Shown here one piece after another: positions 51,266-61,461 of a DNA stretch of 64,000 nt. Source of the stretch: Candidatus Bathyarchaeota archaeon (GTDB taxonomy: Archaea; Thermoproteota; Bathyarchaeia; 40CM-2-53-6; RBG-13-38-9); the NCBI GenBank assembly GCA_963807605.1, contig CAWECG010000004.1:576001-640000 (forward strand). The letters are read 5' to 3'. The notes beneath the pieces are model-generated. The model searched no databases. It was not told the DNA's origin and saw nothing but the letters and a program-made list of their open reading frames with translations. The position numbers and the translations under genes were made by a program. Numbering within the stretch: the stretch's first letter is position 1; every line of letters begins with the position of its first letter.

Positions 51266-52144
51266 TTGTCCCTTTCAAAAAGGTCGTATCTGTTTGCAAT
51301 ATTGGTGATATTTGCTTCATCTTACTCTCAGTACTGGGTCAGGGGTCTGGGTGCGATCTCGAGCTTCTTCGTTGTTTACGGGATCCCACTGATTATCACC
51401 GGCATTATCTTTGGTTCTGAAATTAATCAAAGAGCCTTCAAGAACACGTACAGGGCTTTGAAGTTTGGACTGGCCTCCTTTGGAGGCTTTACAATTCTGG
51501 GCACTCTTGCATCCGTTGCTATCTTCTATATGTTATTGATTCTTGATCCTTCATCTGTGAATCTCTTGAATCGACCTAACCCGGTGCTTAATATACCGCC
51601 TGGGCTTGCCTGGGTAATGATAGGGGTCTCATTCATTATTGTTGGACCGGCTGAGGAGTATATCTTCAGGGGTTTCGTTTACGGCGGCATGCTCAACCTT
51701 TTCAAGGAACGGCATTGGCTAAGCCTCGCCTTTGCATCATCAATAATATTTGCAATTGTGCATCTGTATTATGCATTAGTGTATAGTATTGCTTCGCTAG
51801 TCCAATTTGCTGACCTTGTAACCTTCGGCATGGCGATGGCGATCACATACTACCTCTCAGACGGAAATCTTGTCGTCCCCGCACTGATCCACGGAGCATA
51901 CGACGCCACAGGATTCCTCGGTGTAGCAGTATCATCAGACCTAGGACTCTTCTTCAGAGGAATGTTGGTTTTGACTGGAATAATCGTCGGCTTGGGCCTC
52001 TTCTTCCAGAATATCCTCAGAAGGAGAGAACAAACCCGAGACATTTCAACCTATACAGGCATGATCTCATCACACTACCAAGTCAGCTACCCACGTCTAA
52101 AGGCGTGGGCTTGGAATGGTGATACCAACGCAAGAGTTGACTAG
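51266..52144 (+). CDS. CPBP/CAAX (Abi) intramembrane protease; C-terminus altered by the IsrB insertion
   Basis: EEYIFRG, FAIVH, HGAYD; the empty site would end ...HYQMKN*. Confidence 0.88.
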   Translation: MSLSKRSYLFAILVIFASSYSQYWVRGLGAISSFFVVYGIPLIITGIIFGSEINQRAFKNTYRALKFGLASFGGFTILGTLASVAIFYMLLILDPSSVNLLNRPNPVLNIPPGLAWVMIGVSFIIVGPAEEYIFRGFVYGGMLNLFKERHWLSLAFASSIIFAIVHLYYALVYSIASLVQFADLVTFGMAMAITYYLSDGNLVVPALIHGAYDATGFLGVAVSSDLGLFFRGMLVLTGIIVGLGLFFQNILRRREQTRDISTYTGMISSHYQVSYPRLKAWAWNGDTNARVD

Positions 52145-52310
52145 CCTAAGTCCAACTGGGACTACGCCTTCGGAGCTAAAAGCACGTACAGACGCCGCCC
52201 TAATCTGTACCTCTGCGGCAGAACCACTGAATGCCACAACCAGTAGCAATACTGGTTTAAGCTCTGTTGGCTTTGGCGAAGGGAAACTCGACTCTTGGCG
52301 GAGAGGGGCC
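52082..52310 (+). ncRNA. omegaRNA (HEARO-like) scaffold upstream of isrB
   Basis: GTCAGC..hairpin..GTTGACTAGCCTAAG..ACTACG..GGCGAAGGG pattern typical of IscB/IsrB leaders; 3' limit approximate. Confidence 0.75.
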
Positions 52311-53368
52311 GCAATCGGTAACATCCCCGTCACCTCCTCTGACGGAACACTTCTAATGCCATGCAAACCAACAAAAGCAAGAAAGCTGCTCAGAGATGGC
52401 AAAGCAACAAAGAAGTGGAGCAAACTCGGAATCTTCTACATAAAACTAAACTTCACACCAAAACAACCAGCCACACAACCACTCGTCGTCGGCATCGACC
52501 CAGGATCCAAGTTTGAAGGCATCTCAATCGTAGGAACTGAAGATACAGTGCTTAACGTCATGTCAGAAGCCACAACATGGGTTAAGAAAGCAGTTGAAAC
52601 AAGAAGAGAAATGCGACGAGCTAGAAGACACCGAAACACTAGATGTCGTCCTTGCAGATTCAGTAATAGGCCAACACGAAGAAACAGATTACCACCATCA
52701 ACAAAAGCCAGATGGGACACAAAACTCAGAATAATTCAGCAACTCCAGCAAACCTTACCACTATCCGTAGCCATAGTTGAAGATATTAAAGCCAAGACAA
52801 GGAAGGGTCAACGGAAATGGAACAGCAACTTCAGTCCCATAGAGGCAGGCAAACAATACTTCTACACTGAACTCAGAAAGACTGGACTAAAAGTAGAAAC
52901 AAGACAAGGCTCAGAGACGCAGCAACTCAGACAGGCATATGGTTTAAAGAAGCTGCGTAACAAATCAAAACCTGTATTTGAAACTCATTGTATTGACGCA
53001 TGGACGCTAGCCGCCTCAATCACTGGAGCTAAGCAGCCAACAACCAGAAGCCTACACTACCTAATTCCTATTCGTTTTCATCGAAGGCAACTGCACAGAT
53101 TTGAAGCGGAAAAAGGAGGAGCTAGGAAAAGGTATGGTGGCACCAACTCGCTTGGAATCAAGAAGGGCACACTCGTCGAGCACGCTAAATACGGTTTCTG
53201 TTATGTTGGAGGCAACTTGAAAGACCGCTTCAGCCTACACGACTTAACAACAGGAAAAAGACTAATACAAAACGCTAATAGAACAGATTTCAAAATGCTA
53301 ACAAGAATATCCTTCAGACACCAATTCCTCCCACCCATAAATGGCGTGGGTTTCCTTGGTGATTTTTG
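52082..53368 (+). mobile_element. IS200/IS605-superfamily IsrB (OMEGA) element
   Basis: 5' end GTCAGCTACCCACGTCTAAAGGCGTGGGCTTG; 3' end CAATTCCTCCCACCCATAAATGGCGTGGGTTTCCTTGG...TTTG|ATGA. Confidence 0.9.
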
Positions 53369-53369
53369 A
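52314..53369 (+). CDS. isrB: IsrB RNA-guided nickase (PLMP, RuvC, RRxRR, no HNH)
   Basis: LLMPC, GIDPG, RRARR, VEDI, HCIDAW; no HNH insertion; start codon uncertain (ATC at 52314). Confidence 0.85.
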   Translation: MGNIPVTSSDGTLLMPCKPTKARKLLRDGKATKKWSKLGIFYIKLNFTPKQPATQPLVVGIDPGSKFEGISIVGTEDTVLNVMSEATTWVKKAVETRREMRRARRHRNTRCRPCRFSNRPTRRNRLPPSTKARWDTKLRIIQQLQQTLPLSVAIVEDIKAKTRKGQRKWNSNFSPIEAGKQYFYTELRKTGLKVETRQGSETQQLRQAYGLKKLRNKSKPVFETHCIDAWTLAASITGAKQPTTRSLHYLIPIRFHRRQLHRFEAEKGGARKRYGGTNSLGIKKGTLVEHAKYGFCYVGGNLKDRFSLHDLTTGKRLIQNANRTDFKMLTRISFRHQFLPPINGVGFLGDF

Positions 53370-53482
53370 TGAAGAATTAGATATTTTGAGAGTAACGAAT
53401 AGATCAAAGGCAGACGAGCCCTAGGCAAAACTCAGGGGGTGATGTCAGAAGGGTTCGACTGAGATCTCTTGGAGTTCTGATT

Positions 53483-53710
53483 ATGCTTCTTGGAATTGCA
53501 GCGTACTTAAACGGCTTGTTATTTACGCCCTTTCCACCCTTTCTCTTCTACGAGGATACGACTACTGTTCAGCGGCCATTCAATCGATATTGGCCTCATT
53601 CAGCACCTGAGATGAATCTATTAGCGACAATTGGTTTTGACGTCGCTATTCTAGGAGCAATCCCCGCGATAATCGGAGTTTTAAAACCCAGGTTCTGGAA
53701 GAAAATGTGA
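53483..53710 (+). CDS. Small membrane protein
   Basis: Two hydrophobic segments; start uncertain. Confidence 0.4.
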   Translation: MLLGIAAYLNGLLFTPFPPFLFYEDTTTVQRPFNRYWPHSAPEMNLLATIGFDVAILGAIPAIIGVLKPRFWKKM

Positions 53711-53732
53711 TTAAGATCATGAAGGACGCGAG

Positions 53733-54422
53733 TTGAGTTTAGTTGTCGGTCTACCACCCACATGGATAGGTATTTTTTTCATTTCTGATGCTGCTGTTAA
53801 TCGTAGTTGTTCTCTTCTTCTTGTAGGGGCCACCGAAGTTGCCTTTCAACGACTGGGATTTGATCGACTGCAGATCATCTTAATTCTCATTGGAACATTT
53901 CTTGGATCCTCAGTAGATGTTCCTGTGCGACGGTTGAAGAGATTCGAGCGGCGTCTCGAGGCGCAGGAGGTTAGGCTCTTCTGGATTACTTACCGGATCC
54001 CTCGTGTCCTAGTCGAGGATGTCTCAACATTAATCACCATCAACCTGGGTGGAGCGATTATTCCCACGGTTGTCTCTATCTATCTCTTGATTGGTCATCC
54101 TCAGGTTTTATTCTACGCATTACTTGGAGTCTCTTGGACGACAATTATTGTGCATCTTGCAGCTCAGAGAGTGCCAAGCTTTGGAATAGTTACGCCTGCC
54201 TTTATCCCACCACTAACTGCTGCACTTATTGCCTATGTTCTTCAGCCGAGTGCACCTAATATTCTCGCTTACGTCTCAGGAACCTTGGGCACTCTGATTG
54301 GAGCCGATCTGACTAATCTTCGTGGAGTAGGTGAGCTTGGCGCTCCTGTCGTTAGCATCGGAGGCGCGGGGACGTTCGACGGCGTCTTTCTTAGCAGTTT
54401 AATAGCAGTTCTTTTGGTTTGA
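53733..54422 (+). CDS. DUF1614-like membrane protein
   Basis: INLGGAIIP, GTLGTLIGADL, SIGGAGTFDGVF. Confidence 0.85.
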   Translation: MSLVVGLPPTWIGIFFISDAAVNRSCSLLLVGATEVAFQRLGFDRLQIILILIGTFLGSSVDVPVRRLKRFERRLEAQEVRLFWITYRIPRVLVEDVSTLITINLGGAIIPTVVSIYLLIGHPQVLFYALLGVSWTTIIVHLAAQRVPSFGIVTPAFIPPLTAALIAYVLQPSAPNILAYVSGTLGTLIGADLTNLRGVGELGAPVVSIGGAGTFDGVFLSSLIAVLLV

Positions 54423-54562
54423 AGTCAGAGCGGGCATCGGACCAGTGGCCTCGGGAAATTGCTGAGGCATGTCGCAATAACCATAGAATAACGAAAAGTT
54501 CAAGCATATTGTCAGGAAAGATTGATTTCTTATGGCTTTTCTTAACCTAGAGGCTCTCGATC

Positions 54563-55999
54563 TTGAAAAAATATGATCTCATATCAATTGGGACTGGTTC
54601 CGCGATGAATATCGTCGAGTCTATGATTCAACAGAATCCGCTGATCAAGGTGGCTGTGATCGACAAAGATGAGCCTGGCGGGATCTGTCTGACTCGAGGT
54701 TGTATACCGTCAAAAATTCTTCTTTATCCTGCTGAACTGGTGAGGACGATAGAGAGAGCGGGAGAATTCGGCATAGATATCGACATCAAAAAGATCAGTT
54801 TTGAAGAAGTAATGCAGCGGATGAGGAGACTCGTCGGCAAGGACATAGAGAGTATTCGTCAAGGGCTCAACCATTCGAGGAACATAGACTACTACAACAC
54901 GCCGGCCGAGTTCGTTGCACCTTGCACATTGAAGGTTGCTGATGAGACGATAATGTCGGAGATGATATTTCTCTGCACAGGATCAAGACCGGGGATACCG
55001 CCCATTGAGGGTCTGCAAGAAGCAGGCTACCTTACCAGTGACACCATCCTAAAGCTAGACAAGTTGCCCAAGAGTGTTGCAATAATCGGCGGAGGATACA
55101 TCGCGGCTGAGTATGGACACTTCCTGTCAGCTATGGGGTCGAATGTCACGATAATCGGAAGAAACTCCCGATTCATTCCGGAAGAAGAGCCGGAGATCTC
55201 AGCCCTTGCCAAGAGAGAATTAGGAAGGCATGTGACGATCATAACAAACCATGAGGTACGCAAGGTAGAGAAGACATTCGGTGGTCCGAAGAATGTCATC
55301 GCAGTTAACATAGACAGCGGAGAGAAGACAACGGTAAGTGCGGAGAAGATACTTCTTGCTTCGGGACGCAGATCAAATGCAGACATCCTTCACCCGGAGA
55401 AAGGAGGAATCAAGACTGACGAAAGAGGATGGATTAGTGTTAATGAGTATCTTGAGACCTCACAGCCAGGCGTCTGGGCCTTTGGTGATGCTGATGGCAA
55501 GTACCAGTTCAAGCACGTAGCAAACTACGAGTCTATCGTGGTATACCAGAACGCGGTTTGGAAACAAGGTATCAAAGTGGACTATCACGCAGTACCGCAT
55601 GCGATATTCACAGATCCCGAGATTGCCAGTGTGGGCCTAAAAGAGGAAGATGCGACGGAAAGGTATGGCGGGGAAAATTTGTTGATAGGATTTCAGAGGT
55701 ACGAAGATACTGCCAAGGGAGAAGCTATGGACGTTAGAGACTGCTTCGTCAAAGTGATCGTTGAGAGAAACACCTTGAAGATCCTAGGAGCACACATAAT
55801 CGGGCCGCATGCTTCTGTTCTGATACAAGAGATTGTAAACCTCATGTACACTCCTGATCAAAGCGCAACGTCCATAATCCATGGAATGCACATTCACCCT
55901 GCACTGACCGAGGTTGTGGAGAGGGCATTCCACACCTTAATGCCTCCCGTACAGTACCGCCACGTGATCGAGGAGCACTACAAACTGCCGCTAGACTAG
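54563..55999 (+). CDS. Dihydrolipoamide dehydrogenase / pyridine nucleotide-disulfide reductase
   Basis: GGICLTRGCIPSK, GGGYIAAE, HIHPALTE. Confidence 0.9.
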   Translation: MKKYDLISIGTGSAMNIVESMIQQNPLIKVAVIDKDEPGGICLTRGCIPSKILLYPAELVRTIERAGEFGIDIDIKKISFEEVMQRMRRLVGKDIESIRQGLNHSRNIDYYNTPAEFVAPCTLKVADETIMSEMIFLCTGSRPGIPPIEGLQEAGYLTSDTILKLDKLPKSVAIIGGGYIAAEYGHFLSAMGSNVTIIGRNSRFIPEEEPEISALAKRELGRHVTIITNHEVRKVEKTFGGPKNVIAVNIDSGEKTTVSAEKILLASGRRSNADILHPEKGGIKTDERGWISVNEYLETSQPGVWAFGDADGKYQFKHVANYESIVVYQNAVWKQGIKVDYHAVPHAIFTDPEIASVGLKEEDATERYGGENLLIGFQRYEDTAKGEAMDVRDCFVKVIVERNTLKILGAHIIGPHASVLIQEIVNLMYTPDQSATSIIHGMHIHPALTEVVERAFHTLMPPVQYRHVIEEHYKLPLD

Positions 56000-56046
56000 G
56001 ATCATATGTAGACCGGTAAGACATAATAGTGCAAGAAGCTGGCGCG

Positions 56047-57390
56047 TCAGGGCATCGGGTGCACAGGGAAGAAATATAAAAAGAATCCCAAGGCTACCAG
56101 CACGTTCAACGCAAGAACCTTAACACCATATTTTCTTGGCAAGAGTTTCCATGTAAAGGCTAGGCCCAGTGCAATGAAGGGCAATGTATAGATCATGTAG
56201 TAGTTGAATCCGATACGCCGCACAGCTAAGCTCAAGACAACCCAAGGAGTGAAGTTGAGAGCGATGCCTCCCGCTATGAAAAGCGCCGTCTCCCAATCCT
56301 TCTTTCTGATGAATGCTAATGCGAGACCGACTATGGCAGGCCATATGCCATACCACAGGGCTAGGTTTGCCTGTGCATGGTACCAGATTGGGGTATAATG
56401 TGTAGGCTTGCCGTTGGCTGTAACGGTTACGTCTGTCCTATAGTAGGTTGGTGAGTTAAACGGGTCAACGGGAAGAATCCAGTTCCACGCGTACTGGTAC
56501 GGAGCATAGGTCTCGTTGATTACTAAGCCGTGAGGTCCGTGGTAGTTGGCGATGAAGAGCACGTGTTGAACAGGATTCCAAATCACGTTTAACGCGCCCG
56601 TGCTCTGGCTTGTGGTTACGATTGTGGTTATTGCAGTGCCGCTAGGACCGATAACCACGTTGCGAGTAACAAAGTTCGTTATACTGGTTGCGGTCGGAGG
56701 TGTATACCTTATGTCGTAAACCCATAGAAGACCGCCGAAGACGACCAGTGCAATTAGTGTGTATCGTAGTCCAGTCCTAAATGCTGGTTTAAGGGTACGT
56801 CTGTTCACGGCGATATGGTAGATCGCCAATGCGCCAAACATGAACATGCTCATCTCCCGTGCGAGAAAGGCCAAGCCCATGCTTGCAGCCGACCAACTGT
56901 AGCGTTTCCTAAAGTACAATTCAATCGCCAAGAACCCGAATAGAAAAGCGGGCATGTCTATCAGCAAGGTCCCGCCGTGAATGAAGAACACCGTATCGAA
57001 AGCCAGCAGCATCGTTGCGCCCATCGCCCAGGGGTCGCCGAGGAGACGTTTTGCTATCAGATAGAAGAGGTAGAGTGCGAGGACTTGCATGATGACTTGG
57101 GGGAAACGCCAGCCGAACCAGTTGTTGCCAAAAATTGCAATGCCCAATGCGCCGATGAGTTTCGGAAGCGGCGGATGCTCCGCGTTTGCTGCTATCCCCT
57201 GCAGTGTACTTACACTAGCGGGAACGTAGTGTGCCTCATCGAAGACCATGCCACCGTCCGACGGAAAAGCAATCTGAAGCATGTGAATAGCAAAGTAGAG
57301 TAGTAGGAAGTGGCTGATTCGAAACTGGCTGGCAAGATCAAGGATCCTTTTCCAGATTGCTGTGACGTCAATCTCGATCTTGACCTTCAA
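56047..57390 (-). CDS. GT-C fold glycosyltransferase (PMT/GT39-like)
   Basis: VFDEAHYV, EHPPLPKL, FGWRF; multiple TM segments. Confidence 0.82.
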   Translation of the reverse strand: MKVKIEIDVTAIWKRILDLASQFRISHFLLLYFAIHMLQIAFPSDGGMVFDEAHYVPASVSTLQGIAANAEHPPLPKLIGALGIAIFGNNWFGWRFPQVIMQVLALYLFYLIAKRLLGDPWAMGATMLLAFDTVFFIHGGTLLIDMPAFLFGFLAIELYFRKRYSWSAASMGLAFLAREMSMFMFGALAIYHIAVNRRTLKPAFRTGLRYTLIALVVFGGLLWVYDIRYTPPTATSITNFVTRNVVIGPSGTAITTIVTTSQSTGALNVIWNPVQHVLFIANYHGPHGLVINETYAPYQYAWNWILPVDPFNSPTYYRTDVTVTANGKPTHYTPIWYHAQANLALWYGIWPAIVGLALAFIRKKDWETALFIAGGIALNFTPWVVLSLAVRRIGFNYYMIYTLPFIALGLAFTWKLLPRKYGVKVLALNVLVALGFFLYFFPVHPMP

Positions 57391-57875
57391 TTCCTTCTCG
57401 CCTCAACCAGGATTCTTGAATAAGACAGTGCAGGCGTAAATAAACGTACAAAGAGATCGAAGAACCGGGTAAAATACGTCGTATCGATAAACTCAAGTCT
57501 CTCAACCTCAAATCCAGATACTTGCATTAGATTTCTGACGTGTTCCATCGTGAAGAGAGCGTAGTGCCTGTCTTTTCCACCGTGTTTTGAATATCCACCC
57601 GTATGGGTTCCAAGCAGATAATATTTCAGGCAGGCCGCATTATCCGTAATAAGTCTAAGCAAGCCGCCCTCTCTAAGAACTCGTCTGATCTCTGTCAGAT
57701 GCTGGCCGGGATTCGGCATGTGCTCCAGCACATTGCGCTCATAGACCTCGGCGAAGACGCCATCTCGAAAAGGCAGATGCTGAGCGTCTCCAATAATGTT
57801 GGCCGCGGATCCGGCTGCAAAATCGAGTCTTACATCACCGATTCTTTCTTTTCCACAGCCTATGTTGAGCGTCAA
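57387..57875 (-). CDS. Class I SAM-dependent methyltransferase
   Basis: LNIGCG, GDAQHLPF, VLEH, RVLREGG. Confidence 0.85.
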   Translation of the reverse strand: MTLNIGCGKERIGDVRLDFAAGSAANIIGDAQHLPFRDGVFAEVYERNVLEHMPNPGQHLTEIRRVLREGGLLRLITDNAACLKYYLLGTHTGGYSKHGGKDRHYALFTMEHVRNLMQVSGFEVERLEFIDTTYFTRFFDLFVRLFTPALSYSRILVEARRN

Positions 57876-57879
57876 GCCT

Positions 57880-59043
57880 TCAGCGTCTCTGTTCGTCTAA
57901 GACCCTCTCCAAAAGATCAACGTGTGTTTCCCAATTGAATGTTGTCGCCCAAATTTTAGCTGCACGTGACATCTTGCTCCATACTTCCCTGCTGCTCAGA
58001 ATAGAGTCTAGTTTGCCCGCGAAATCCTCTATATCGTACGGTTTAGCATGGAATCCTGATTCCCCATTCAACACCGTCTCTCCCACGCCGCTGTCCCCCC
58101 AGACTACAGCCGGTGTACCGAAGCTCTGGGCTTCCAAAGGACCAAGTCCAAACGGCTCGTATATGCTGGTTTGCACGTATGCTTTGGCATGCTTGTAGAA
58201 TGAATACAGGTCGCTGTCTTCAAGAAAACCCGTGAACTTCACTCGCTCCCCGAGCCCCATCTTCAAGGCAATTCTTTTCAAGGTTGGTGTATGTGCTGTT
58301 TCTTCCCCAGTGACTACCAGTGAAGGCTGAGATTTTTTCAAATGCTTCAAGATGTAAAACGCTAAATCGATACGTTTCCAGGGGTAGTGGCGGCTCGCGG
58401 TAATGATCATGTTTTCTCGTTTTGATTCAACCTGTTTTGCGGGCATTTCAATCCCTGGGTAACATACGTACCCGCCTACACCATATTCTCTTTCAAAGAG
58501 CCTACGCGTCCAAGCGCTGTTGAATAACAACTTGTCAGCGTTCCTATGGCACATCTTGTCCAGGTGTCTTGCTATTGGACGCCCAAACACGCCTAACGAT
58601 CCGTCGAGTAGCAGGAAGTCAGCTTTAGTCGCCCAATTCCCCGCTGCTTCAGGACGCTTGTGAATGAATGTTGTTAGTTGATGCAGGTAGCCGACGTAAG
58701 GTGTCCCGAATAGCTTCTTGGTTCTGTACCCAAGCCACATGCTCGGCTGGGAATGACATAGGAGTATGTCACAGTCAGCCAATTCCCACATCTTAAAGGG
58801 GAGTAGAGAAGACGCTATCATAGCAGACGCTTCTCGGAACGGGAAGGGGAGACGGAGAGCCGGAACGATCCTTTCAGGCTTTGCTTCAACAAGACTCTGG
58901 GGAAACGATTTATTCCACCGAATTATTGGGCTGAAAAGCCGGACCTCATGACCCCGATCGCGTAGACGTCGGGTTTGCTCAAGCACCACACGTTCGCCAC
59001 CGCCAGAATAGAGAAACCCCATGTGGACGATGTGGATCCTCAA
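57880..59043 (-). CDS. GT4 glycosyltransferase
   Basis: GGGERV, EPFGLGPLEA. Confidence 0.9.
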   Translation of the reverse strand: MRIHIVHMGFLYSGGGERVVLEQTRRLRDRGHEVRLFSPIIRWNKSFPQSLVEAKPERIVPALRLPFPFREASAMIASSLLPFKMWELADCDILLCHSQPSMWLGYRTKKLFGTPYVGYLHQLTTFIHKRPEAAGNWATKADFLLLDGSLGVFGRPIARHLDKMCHRNADKLLFNSAWTRRLFEREYGVGGYVCYPGIEMPAKQVESKRENMIITASRHYPWKRIDLAFYILKHLKKSQPSLVVTGEETAHTPTLKRIALKMGLGERVKFTGFLEDSDLYSFYKHAKAYVQTSIYEPFGLGPLEAQSFGTPAVVWGDSGVGETVLNGESGFHAKPYDIEDFAGKLDSILSSREVWSKMSRAAKIWATTFNWETHVDLLERVLDEQRR

Positions 59044-59116
59044 GAGTCTACCCGCTATCCTCAGACAATCTGCTCCACATTCAGCGTACGTTTATCTGGA
59101 TAGGACAAGTGAATTG

Positions 59117-60441
59117 GTGACATCCTCCCATGGCTAAAGCCGTGGGCTTCCCGCTTCAACATCTTTGCTTACCATTCCTCTTAGGGATGGCAGAGGCTCA
59201 GACTCTGCGGGCGTATTCACCCACCGTCCGTGGGCATAGTCGGGTTTGAAGCCTGACAGACCAATCTTCTTGATTAGTTTAGCCGAGTTCTCGTCTCTTG
59301 GAATCGACTCACCGCAATTCAGGCATATATGATCTCTCTCGCTCAGGTCTTTCGGCACCCATGATAGGCAGTCGTGGCAGAATTGTGTGGTACCCCATGG
59401 GTCGACCGGCATGAACCATTTGCCGAGCAGGTTGGCTTTGAATTGTGCCTTACGGAAGAACCTTCCGGGCGAAGCGTCTTGGAGGCTCTTGGCTAGGCAG
59501 TGATTCTTCACCATGTTAGCTACAGCTAGTCTTTCCAAGAATAGGATATCAGTGGTCTTGTACAGTGTTGCCAGTGTCTTGTTTTGGTAGTCGTCTCTCT
59601 GACAGGCTACATGAAGGTGTTGCCTTGCCACTCTCAAAGCCAGCTTTCTCCTATTTCTTGAGCCCTTCTTTGCTCTTGATATTACTCGCTGCAGTCTCCT
59701 GATCTTCTCCTCAGACTTTCTCAGAAACTTCGGTGGCTCCATCGTGGTTGCATCTGAAAGCGTTAGGAACTTAATCAGCCCTATGTCTCCCCCTTTGATC
59801 CGCTCATCTGGAATCTGCGCGATGGGGGTCTTCTCCTGATTTGGAATCTTGCAGGCGAATACCACATACCACTGTCCAGCATTGTATTTTACAGTCAAAG
59901 TTTTGACTTGACCTTCCACCGGTCTATGCATGAAGATTCGGACATTCCCTATCCCCGAGAGGTACAGCTTACTGTTGCATAGTTTGAAGCCTGATTGTGG
60001 GTAGGTGAAGGAGAGATACTTCCTCGGATGTTTCTGCTTGGGAAATCTTGCTCTACCCTCAAAGTAGTTCTTGAACGATCCGGCAAGCCTTGTGGCAACA
60101 CTCTGGACAACCTGACTATGTATTCCCTGAAGATTCTCGTCTTCTCGTCTAAACTCTAGCGCCTTCAGCCTCAAGTCGGTTCTGCTCAGACTGATGTGCT
60201 CCTGTTTCCAAGTACCGATCTTCAGGTCCCTAAGTGTGTTGTATAGCTCACACAATGTGGACAGGTGGCTTTTCATCAGCCTTCCCTGCCCCACTTTAGG
60301 GTATATACGGTACTTGTAGGCTAGAAGCATTCTTAACCATCAATAAATACATGTTTTGAACAAAATTTAAACATCTGGCATCTCACTCTGGAACGCAATT
60401 CATCCCACGGCTAAAGCCGTAGGTTTTCTCGCGCACTTTCT
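59117..60441 (-). mobile_element. IS200/IS605 tnpB-only element, F2 copy B
   Basis: Same ends as 10420-11743; TTAT target at 60442-60445. Confidence 0.93.
59134..60330 (-). CDS. tnpB: TnpB (F2 copy B, intact)
   Basis: Closely similar to 10437-11633. Confidence 0.93.
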   Translation of the reverse strand: MLLAYKYRIYPKVGQGRLMKSHLSTLCELYNTLRDLKIGTWKQEHISLSRTDLRLKALEFRREDENLQGIHSQVVQSVATRLAGSFKNYFEGRARFPKQKHPRKYLSFTYPQSGFKLCNSKLYLSGIGNVRIFMHRPVEGQVKTLTVKYNAGQWYVVFACKIPNQEKTPIAQIPDERIKGGDIGLIKFLTLSDATTMEPPKFLRKSEEKIRRLQRVISRAKKGSRNRRKLALRVARQHLHVACQRDDYQNKTLATLYKTTDILFLERLAVANMVKNHCLAKSLQDASPGRFFRKAQFKANLLGKWFMPVDPWGTTQFCHDCLSWVPKDLSERDHICLNCGESIPRDENSAKLIKKIGLSGFKPDYAHGRWVNTPAESEPLPSLRGMVSKDVEAGSPRL

Positions 60442-60868
60442 ATAAGAGGGAAGTTTATGTTTGGTTAATAGAATACCAGACTCATGATGAGTACAACCGA
60501 CGATTTGGATATGACTGACAGGTCCATCATGTCCCGATTTTTAACAAGTAAAGCCGTGTCCCATCAACATAAAGAACCCTGATCTGGATACTTCTCGAGG
60601 CCTTTCAATTCTACCCTAGATCTATTGCCTACGGATCCACTGCCCTAATTGAATGCTAGCTTCTGGTGACTTTAGTCTATTCTTCAGCCAATTCTCTCCC
60701 CATCCGAAGTCTTTCCTCATTATGCAGTCTCTCTTCTCTTTGGCATAGGGACCGGAACTAACTGGATACTTATAGTCCGGATCAAACATCTCAGATAGAT
60801 ATGTAGAAGGGGGATTTATCTCCAAGCACTGAAATACCCTGAGCTAAAGCTCAGGGGGTCAATGCCGG

Positions 60869-61183
60869 TTACGCTATGTATTCGGTGATGGGCCTCTGTT
60901 TGGATTGTAGATAGATATCATGGTCCACGGCTTTCCAATGCTTCCTCTGGCTATGTTCCAAGTAATACTTGATGGCTTCATTTGTGGTAGCGCCGACGGA
61001 GCGGTAGAAGTAACCTGCCGTCCAGAAAGCGTCACCCCAGAGCTTCGCCTTGACCCTGTCCCAGTATTTCTCCCGGAGTCTTCGTGAACTTGCTCCTTTC
61101 AGGAGACGCGCCAGCTCCGAGACGGCCAGATTCTTGCATGCGCCCACGAAGATGTGGGCATGGTCCGGACCGAACTCTATGGC
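60869..61183 (-). pseudogene. tnpA: 5'-truncated IS200 Y1 transposase
   Basis: AIEFGPDHAHIF (HUH), LKGASS, FWTAGYFYRSVG, IKYYLEHSQ; right-end hairpin at 60829-60860. Confidence 0.88.
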
Positions 61184-61315
61184 CTGAACTACGGCAGGCT
61201 AAAGCCTGCCGGGTCTTTTGAATCTCCCTCGACAGAATCCTAGGGTTTGCGGCCCCATTGCTCTGACGCAATTCCTCTCCAACTTGAAAGATGGAGCGTC
61301 CTTGCTTTACAAACA
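61184..61315 (-). mobile_element. ~130-bp non-coding IS200/IS605 mini-element (PATE-like)
   Basis: TCAC|TGTTTGTAAAGCAAG-GACG-hairpin left end; GACC-CGGCAGGCTTTAGCCTGCCG-TAGTTCAG right end. Confidence 0.75.
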
Positions 61316-61461
61316 GTGAAAGCCTATCAAGGAATTCTGCGTCTTAGGTCAATTCTCTCTCCTAACTCTGATATTGCTTAGGCGATAACTCGTGCGACTT
61401 CCTCGCCTTTGTCATGGTCCAAAAATCGTCGTGAACTGCGTTTTTTCAACCATTCAGTGCC

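Noticed and set aside
52116-52313. N-terminal 66 aa of the 417-aa ORF, and an IscB call
   Set aside because: The extension is read-through of the omegaRNA; there is no HNH domain, so the protein is IsrB.
60446-60828. Gene between F2 copy B and the tnpA remnant
   Set aside because: Only short interrupted frames with no recognisable family; likely a decayed fragment.
61316-61440. 5' half of tnpA beyond the mini-element
   Set aside because: The joined frame hits a stop within about 12 codons and shows no TnpA N-terminal motifs.
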